From NCBI RefSeq assembly GCF_009914755.1, contig NC_060937.1: a stretch of DNA of 64,000 nt, one strand, 5' to 3'. Positions within the stretch are counted from its first letter, which is position 1. The number at the start of each line of letters is the position of its first letter. Below are positions 56,549-64,000 of the stretch, piece by piece. This DNA is from the human T2T-CHM13v2.0 reference genome, Homo sapiens. Under the pieces are notes generated by a model that worked only from the letters and a program-made list of their open reading frames with translations, was not told the origin of the DNA and did not search any database. The position numbers were made by a program, and so were the translations under genes.

Positions 56549-57559
56549 GTGCAGTATTAACCTTTTCTAATTGCTCTATGCCACAGTTTGTTATAGAGCC
56601 AAGAGACACTCGTCATGCAATGCTTTAGGTGGCTGGACCAACAGGGCCAACCGTGAATATGAAATATCTACCAAAGGCGAAGTGGGCATTTGGGAAAAAG
56701 CCCTCACAAAAGCCTCACATTATTCCTAGGCATAGAAGAATACAAGAGAATGAAGCTAAATTTTGTGATTATTTGGGATCCTTCCACAAAGTAACCTCCC
56801 CACCCTCAAACTCACATGTATGCAGTTGTATATTGAACACAGAAAAGAATTTTGTTGGCAACCATTTTACTTTGAACATGGTATAGGGAATGAAATATTC
56901 TTTTAAACAGAATCTGGGTACCACTAGTTGATGTGTTGGTTGCTTTTAGGGAACTGGATGTGTGTATGGGGGAGAGGTATAAAGAGGGCTCAGCCGTGTC
57001 ATAGCCACTGCTATCCTAATTTATTGAGTCCTCATAATTGGTTATAAATTCATTTGTTTAGCCAAGTTACGAGGAAACAGAGACATGTATACTTCTCCTC
57101 AGCTCTAGCTGAAGGTAAAAGATGACTCTTTGTGTGTCATTAAGTTAGACCTTTGCTTTCTGCCCATCCTTACTACGTAAGACTCTCTTCACGGATTACT
57201 TGGCCTGCCTCATGTTATGTCAAAGAGCCTTATGTTTTTCTGTATTTATTCATAAGTCAGATATAACTTGCTCTTTAAGGGAAAACAAAATTGTCACCTA
57301 AAAGCCTAGCTGGAGTGATACAGGATGGTGACTATCTGATCGGTAAAGGGTGGCACCAAATAAATGCCACTAATTGTTTGAAAGATTAGATGTCTCGCAG
57401 CTGCTTAATAAGATGTAATAATAACATCATTGCACAATAAGAAAATCTACCAAGGATGAATGAAATGATTTCATTGTGGACACTTGTGATTTATAATAGC
57501 ATGTTTAAATTTGGCACATTTTGATCATAATCATAATACCTATATGTATTTTATTGCAG

Positions 57560-57651
57560 GGAATGGAATATGTAGCTGTGGAAACTGTGAATGCTGGGAT
57601 GGATGGAATGGAAATGCATGTGAAATCTGGCTTGGCTCAGAATATCCTTAA
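57560..57651 (+). CDS. ITGBL1: ITGBL1 terminal coding exon (coding part, to TAA stop)
   Basis: Acceptor ttttattgcAG ends at 57559. Translates (G)[29 protein letters not shown] with TAA at 57649-57651. No transmembrane segment, consistent with secreted ITGBL1. Confidence 0.97.
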
Positions 57652-57874
57652 CAATTACATGAGAGAGGTCTGGATTCTTATTTTTTCTGGGCCATTAGAA
57701 CATATAAATGCGAAGGAAACCATGTATATTCACCACTAGGACAGGTTAAAAAGACCATTGTATGTTTTTCTATTTCTGAATTACGAATGAAATCCGAGTA
57801 CCTATTAGAAATGAGTTATGCAAATTTAGATGCAAATAACATTAGAAAAAAAAGATTCTTCCATAATTAACATA

Positions 57875-58095
57875 AGTGGTTCCTAACGAGAGCAATTTTT
57901 CCACCCAAAAGTCATTTGGCAACATCTACAGACAATTTTGATTGTCACACTGGGTCGGGTAGGAAGGTATGCTGCAGACATTTGGTGGGTAGAGGCCAGG
58001 GATGCTGCTGAGCATCCCGCAGTGTACAGGACAGCCCCCAAACAAGGAATTATCCAGCCCCAAATGCCAATAGGGCTCAAACTGAGAAACATTGA
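57875..58095 (+). mobile_element. MER20 in the ITGBL1 3' UTR
   Basis: catttggcaacatctacagacaattttgattgtcaca...gggtagaggccagggatgctgctgagcatcc..cagtgtacaggacagccccc. Confidence 0.85.
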
Positions 58096-58416
58096 GTTAT
58101 ATGGCTATTAGAAATCCACATTCTTACACAAGAAAGACCATATTAGAATCTAAGGAAAACATGCATATTCACATTAATTAATCGATCAGATTTTTCCAGA
58201 ATTCCGTATCAGTCACCATTTTAATATGGGGACAATGAAGACAAGCACACAGGAGGTAGAATATCAGAGTGGGGCTGGATCAAGGGCAAAAACTGGTCAT
58301 TAAGTCATCTGACATTAAATCATTTAGCCACTAAGTTATTTGTCTACTCTCACTTTAAACTCACCAAAGAAGATTCTCTTAAAGAAATTATGAAAAATGT
58401 ACAATTTAACATTTTA

Positions 58417-58422
58417 AATAAA
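58417..58422 (+). terminator. Polyadenylation signal for ITGBL1
   Basis: AATAAA about 770 nt after the stop, with an upstream TGTA and downstream gttgtttatactctgtgtc. Confidence 0.75.
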
Positions 58423-59609
58423 TAGTGACAGAAGTTGTTTATACTCTGTGTCAGTATATATATCTACTGATAATTAAAAATGAATTGTTATTCAGGGATA
58501 TCTATTTTAGGTTTCTAGAAATAAGGGATCACATTTTTAAAACTGGGCAGGGGTTATGCGTACAAGAAATCTGATTTTTTATTTTAATTTATTCCATGGT
58601 AGTGTGGCCTTTTAAAAAGACAATATTGAGTTACATATAAAATGGGCCTGAAGTATGCATCCATTTCCCTTAAAATACTTTTTTTTCTAAGGATACCTTA
58701 CTTACTGGAAACCTGGGGTCATGCAAAGAAGTCAAGACGAGAAATACTGTGATAAAATGGCACCAATCTCAGAAGCTCACAAAAGACCAAAAAAAAAAAA
58801 AAAATCTAGAAATGGCTTAAATAGAAATTACAAATATTCACTCAGTGATAGGAACAAAATGTTTATTTTCTTAATGGTGAAACTTTGCTTTGTATGAAAT
58901 TCACATTGAATTATGAAAGTGTACAATAATTGGGACTTCCCTTACATATTTACAGGTAAATCTACTTATACACATTAGTTTAGGCAACCTTTAATTATTT
59001 AGAGCTAAAAAAAAAACCACTTTTTTTCTAAAGGTGAATTACTTTGTAAAATCCTAGAATAATGTAGCAAAATCATTTCCGTATTACTTTAAGATGAAAA
59101 TTTTTACTTGGAAATTTTATTTTAATGATGTAAATATTCTAGTCATGGCTTAAACTTTATAAGTCAAATTTCCAAAAATAAGGAAAATATGCATCCACTG
59201 AGTTACTTAAAAATTTAATATTGAAAATTATTTTAAGAGAACATTTAACTGATCCTGATTTTTATAGTACTAACAATGTTCTCATAATGTAATAGATTTA
59301 TAAAAATTGTTATCTCTATCCTGAGATTAAGGAGTGCAACCATGTTGTAGTTCTCTTATTGAGTACGTAAATTGATAGATCTCTTCCGTAAAATGAGGGA
59401 AATATAAGTAGTCAATAAATAATGTAGGTTATATTCTTTCCTCTTCACTACCTAAACATTTTAAGCTGTGAACAACCTATTATTATTGTTTTGTAGCAAT
59501 TTTGATGACGTATTCGCTGATGCACAGACATTGGAATTCATTACATTATCTAGCCATCGTAATACAAATGACCTTTGGATTTCTCTATCACGGCGCTTAT
59601 CCTCCTATT

Positions 59610-59795
59610 AAGGATCAGAAAGTTAAACTTTACGGACCACGTACGTCCCTGTCTCATATTCTTCTTTGTTGGTTTCTGTTTAATACTTTAAAGCTGTAAA
59701 AAAAATTTAAAAAATTCCTTCTGAGCTCCCAGGCCATACAAAAGCAACTTAAGGGTGGATTTGGCTGGCAGCTGGGCAGTACTTTGTCAGCCTCA
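59610..59795 (+). mobile_element. MER58-like hAT fossil
   Basis: gtccctgtctcatattcttctttg...ggccatacaaaagca...ggatttggc...gtactttgtcagcctc. Confidence 0.5.
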
Positions 59796-62526
59796 GCTCC
59801 ACTGGAACTGCCCTTGATTCTCTATAGCTCATCACAAAACCTCAGGTATGTCTTATTTTTCTTATAATCCTCTGTATGTTATTATCCTTTTTATTAACAA
59901 CAACAACTACAACAAAAGTGCTGCTCTTTTTCATAGTCTCATGTAAGAAGAGTGTCAAAAATGTCCTCGGCATTTGTTTTCTCAGAAAAAGAATTTAGAT
60001 ATTGGAGAAATTATCATACCATAAAAAGTTCAAAATGTGATTCATCTAAAATTTTGGACAAAGATGAAAATATAGTCAGCTCTGTTCTAGTGTTCATTTA
60101 GTTAGAAACCATAGTACCGGAACTGTATTATAGTAGAAGTTAATGGTACCTAAACTCTAAGGAATGCTTTTTCTTTGAAAACAGAAATATTTTTACTTAT
60201 TTCTGTCCACTATGTTTGTGTGTATGTGTGTGTTTGTGTGTGTATGTGTGGTTTTGATGCCAGCAATGCAAACACCAATATATCTATTAAGAAGTGATTG
60301 AATTTAGATTGGAAAAAATAAAATAGTTACATGTAAAGACATAAACTCTTTCCTTCTTAAATGTGATTTTCAACTCTATGATAGAAACTCCCTCTAAAAA
60401 ACAAGCAGGGCAAGAACAAACTTACTTGTAATGGGTGAGAGAAAATAAGCAAATCTCATTGGCTCATTCCTGTTTTTAGGAAGTTGCAGTGGGATTAATG
60501 TCAATTGGAAGGGATGCAGCAAGTTTAGAGAAGGTGTTGGCACTAACGCTGCTTGTTTGGCAAATCATCATCACTGAGGTATTCCACCCAGAGACTTTTT
60601 CAAAAAAGTCAACTAAAGTGCTAAGTCATAAGAGGAGAGCCATTATACCCGTTGTCTTTCTGGGCTCCTTGAGTTTATCTGGATTCCAACAGCACTTGGA
60701 AAGTACCGCCCTCCACTACCTCAAATGCAAACACAATCTCTGCCAGTAGACATTGGAATTAGACTTAGTGAAAACCAGGAAAAAAAAAAAAAACTAAAAT
60801 ATAACTCAGCCTTAGTTTGCAGACTCAACTGTCAACACTTTGAAACCCTACTCCATATTCAAGAGAGTCAACAGGCCCTATGTCACATTGTAGGCTAAGA
60901 AACCTCAGCTATGACTACTATTTCACTCAAAGTAAGACCATGTACATCCTGGATTTTGATATGCCTGCATTTTGGAAAAAAAAATTGAGGATTTAGCCCA
61001 GTCGCTTTCCCTTGATATAGCCTTGTTCTGAATTAAAATGGAAAAAATATTTCAATTATTTTCATCTTGTTCTCAACTGGATGTTAGTCAATGTGGTCTC
61101 TTTTTGAATATGTATCAAATATTAATGATCCATAATATTAGGGAGATAATTTTAAATGAAGTGATACGTGTCTAACTTACTTAAAGAATAAGTTTTTGGT
61201 TTTTGCTTTTAAAGACAACCAAATCTGATATTGTTCATCCTGATAAAAATAACAACTTTTAGTGCTTAAAGCATTAATTAAGCAAGTGGCTAGGTATGAT
61301 AAAGAACTTCTGCTTGCTCCCCAAGAGGCAAACTATTAGAAGAACTGGAGCGGGAGTCCTTTGGACCCATCGTGGATCTCTTTAAGCCACTGCTACCCAA
61401 AAACATTCAGGACAAGCAAACATTTAGAGCAAGAATCTCCAAATTCTTCAGGATTTGTAATGAAATGATGTTCAGTTCCATTTTGCTCTTTACATAGGGT
61501 GGAGAATTGTCATGTCTTCTCTAATTTTTCCAAGTAAAGTGGTAGCAAAATGTTTTAAAAAGCAATCTTATATTAGAAAACAAAAATGTTGTCACTTGAA
61601 ATACCAAAACAACATTTCTGAGCGTTGTTGAGGGACTGGCAAAGCAATCAGCTACTATAACAAATCAGTAGAAATAACCCTCCCACACCAGATATGCATG
61701 CAGAAGGAATGGAGTATTATAGAGACTTGATACAATGGACATATGCACATGGAGGTACAAAACACACAGTCTAAATACAAATGAATTCCATCAGATTTAC
61801 TATACGGAACATCAGTAGTGACAGATTGCACTTCTTACTTAATAACAGCAAACTTAATTTCTGAGGGGGAAAAAAATGGCGAAGTCTTATCCCAAACAAA
61901 TAGCAAGAGAGGTATCATCAAAGAGCTAAAATTTTCTTTGGCATGGTAAAGGGGGAAATTGAGTTTACCAACTTATTTACATGACATTTCTCTATATTGG
62001 TGAGTAATGCAATGCCATTTTGTTACATAAAGTTGTTTGATGTTTTTTAATATGCCTTCATATAAATATTTTATTCAATATGTTGTATTTGTGAATTTAA
62101 CAAATGATATTAAACACAAACTACAATGCAGACAGACAAACTCTTTGTATGCAAATTAGCAATACATACCAACAGTTCTTGATACACAGGTACCTACTAC
62201 ATGCAGCTCATCATTGCTGTCCTCTTCCCATGCTACAGGTGAGACCAGACACAAAGTAAATGACCTAACTCAATTACAAATAACAAGGACCCCTCTGCAA
62301 TATGTCTAAACATATATTAGAAGAAAGTATTTGACATCCTTCATAGGGATAAATGCCCTTATAGACACCCCATATATAAAACACAACAGAGATACACATT
62401 TACATAAATCTCAGTCATTTACAAAAATAAATCTTGTCTTAATTTAAACCAATAAACAGACTTGCAGGGGAAAAAGAAACCAGCAAGTAGGGCTAATTAT
62501 CAGTAACAAATAGATGGGGGTGTTTG

Positions 62527-62529
<3 letters not shown>

Positions 62530-62576
<47 letters not shown>

Positions 62577-62585
62577 GTTTGTGTG
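62530..62585. repeat. (GT)n microsatellite within the presumed FGF14 3' UTR
   Basis: About 18 uninterrupted TG units, read directly. Confidence 0.95.
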
Positions 62586-62837
62586 AAGTGAAGTGTTGCT
62601 GCTGTAAGTAGTGTCCATAAGCCCATTTGACTGTATTACAAGTTAGTTAATTACTCATATAGTTGGCCACATATTATGGGATCTATGTTTTCTGAAAATA
62701 ATTGGTTAATGGAAGTTATCTAATATATTTTAACTGTTCCTGTTAAAAACAATAGGCTTCAAGATGACATAACACCAAATCAAAAATGACCAAAGGAATC
62801 ATTTTGTTTGTTAGATTTGTAATTTAGCATCATTGGC

Positions 62838-62877
62838 AATAAATCTACTCAAACGTTCTGCTAACTTTTTATTTATT
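62838..62877. terminator. Convergent poly(A) signals: + AATAAA 62838-62843 and overlapping - AATAAA at 62868-62873 and 62872-62877
   Basis: ggcAATAAAtctactcaaacgttctgctaacttTTTATTTATTcaa read directly from the sequence. Confidence 0.6.
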
Positions 62878-64000
62878 CAAGTAGAATCCAATATGAAAAT
62901 GAAATAAGCATAAACAAACAGTTAAATTTCTACTAAACCTTTAATCAGCTAAGCAGGCCAGAATTTTTTAATGCTGGGCAAGGGCTGTCATGAAGAAGAT
63001 TTATGAAAGCAGTGACAAAATAATTTCCCAATAAATACAGTGCAGATGGGGAAAATGATGACTGGGTCATCCTCCCACATAGAAAGAATAACAAGAGGCC
63101 AGTACATTGATCCCACATATAATTTTCAATAAATGAGGTTCAGTTTGGTCTCAATGAACTCTTCTGAGAAGAAAACATTGAATTTTATTAGGTGTACACA
63201 GAGTTAACAAATATATTCCCAAACAGTTTAGTATGAAACATTTTGAACCCCTTTAGATCCAATATTGAACATTTTGCATGGAATCTTCATTGTGTAGTCA
63301 ACTGTTCCTGGCCTTTCTTGGTAGTTGTCTTCCCTAAGCTCAAACAAACAGTGTTAAACTAAAAAGGAAATTAAGAATGCAAAATAAAAGAAAATAAATG
63401 GAATGGACCAAAATCCTCATGGATGAATGTGTTGGTTTGCCTTTATTTATTTTCATCTAGGATAATTCAACAGACTGTATTCTGAGATCATGGCAAGGCA
63501 CCTCTAACCCAGCCACTGGGCAACATGAGCCCCAGATGCTGAGCTAGAGGCATGTACTGGTGAAATACACAGTACCGGACTCAGCATGCTGAGCTAAAAA
63601 AAATATTTTTCCTAATATGTCCAGTTTAAAAACTTGTCATTAAACACCAAAAATATTAAAGTCTAATTAATTTATAACTAACGTTTGCATTGCTGCTGCA
63701 GGAAAGAACACAACAGCCGTCTTGCCCATGCTCTGCTGAGTATGAGGGGAACGCAGCCAGAAACGGGGATGGCGTTAAGTTTGGTTCATTAAAAACAGGA
63801 CGGAGTATATCTGAAATGGATTTAGGTAGCGCAATTCTTGTAGGTTATAATTACTGATTTTCCTTTTTTTTTTTTTTCCAAATAATGAGAATTAATAGAT
63901 GAAAAATGAACCTTAATCAGGCCTACAAGGCCTACAGAAATCTTTGGACCCACTTTCTCAAAAACCAGTGGGTCTTGCTCGCTGGGCAAGGCAAATGTTA

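Larger units (their letters stand above)
57652..58445 (+). other. ITGBL1: ITGBL1 3' UTR (proximal isoform)
   Basis: Follows the stop codon. TGTA near 58398, AATAAA at 58417-58422, then GT-rich sequence. Cleavage position is estimated. Confidence 0.75.
52800..64000 (-). other. FGF14: Long 3' UTR of convergent gene FGF14 (coding exons beyond the window)
   Basis: Gene identity is recalled knowledge that FGF14 lies tail-to-tail with ITGBL1; no FGF14 coding sequence is visible. Sequence support: ~11 kb with no Alu, L1 or LTR that I can recognise, in contrast to the rest of the window, and minus-strand AATAAA at 52820-52825 and 62868-62877. Confidence 0.7.

Noticed and set aside
57521-57739. 72-aa ORF over the terminal exon
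   Set aside because: Wrong frame; the frame continuing the EGF repeats stops at 57651.
52800-64000. FGF14 coding exons or the SCA27B GAA repeat
   Set aside because: No FGF-like translation and no GAA/TTC tract is visible; both lie outside this window.

Overview
Primate (human-like) genomic DNA: AT-rich, repeat-dense and with spliced genes, so most of the ORF track is spurious. The + strand carries the last four coding exons of ITGBL1 (integrin beta-like 1; Cys-rich integrin EGF-like repeats, ending ...[10 protein letters not shown]) at 34576-34692, 48758-48904, 56435-56548 and 57560-57651, followed by a 3' UTR with AATAAA at 58417. Bases 1-34575 are part of one long ITGBL1 intron. It contains a complete ~8.8-kb MER65-type provirus (with a collapsed env relic and nested insertions), Alus, L1/L2/MIR, LTR and DNA-transposon fossils, a 395-bp inverted duplication inserted into an Alu, and a ~300-bp tandem duplication. 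From recalled knowledge of this locus (13q33), ~52800-64000 is the long 3' UTR of the convergent minus-strand gene FGF14, whose coding exons lie outside the window. It overlaps the last two ITGBL1 exons in antisense. Both ends of that overlap carry a head-to-head AATAAA/TTTATT pair, i.e. candidate bidirectional poly(A) cassettes. Repeat subfamily names come from remembered consensus sequences, and boundaries of old repeats are approximate.
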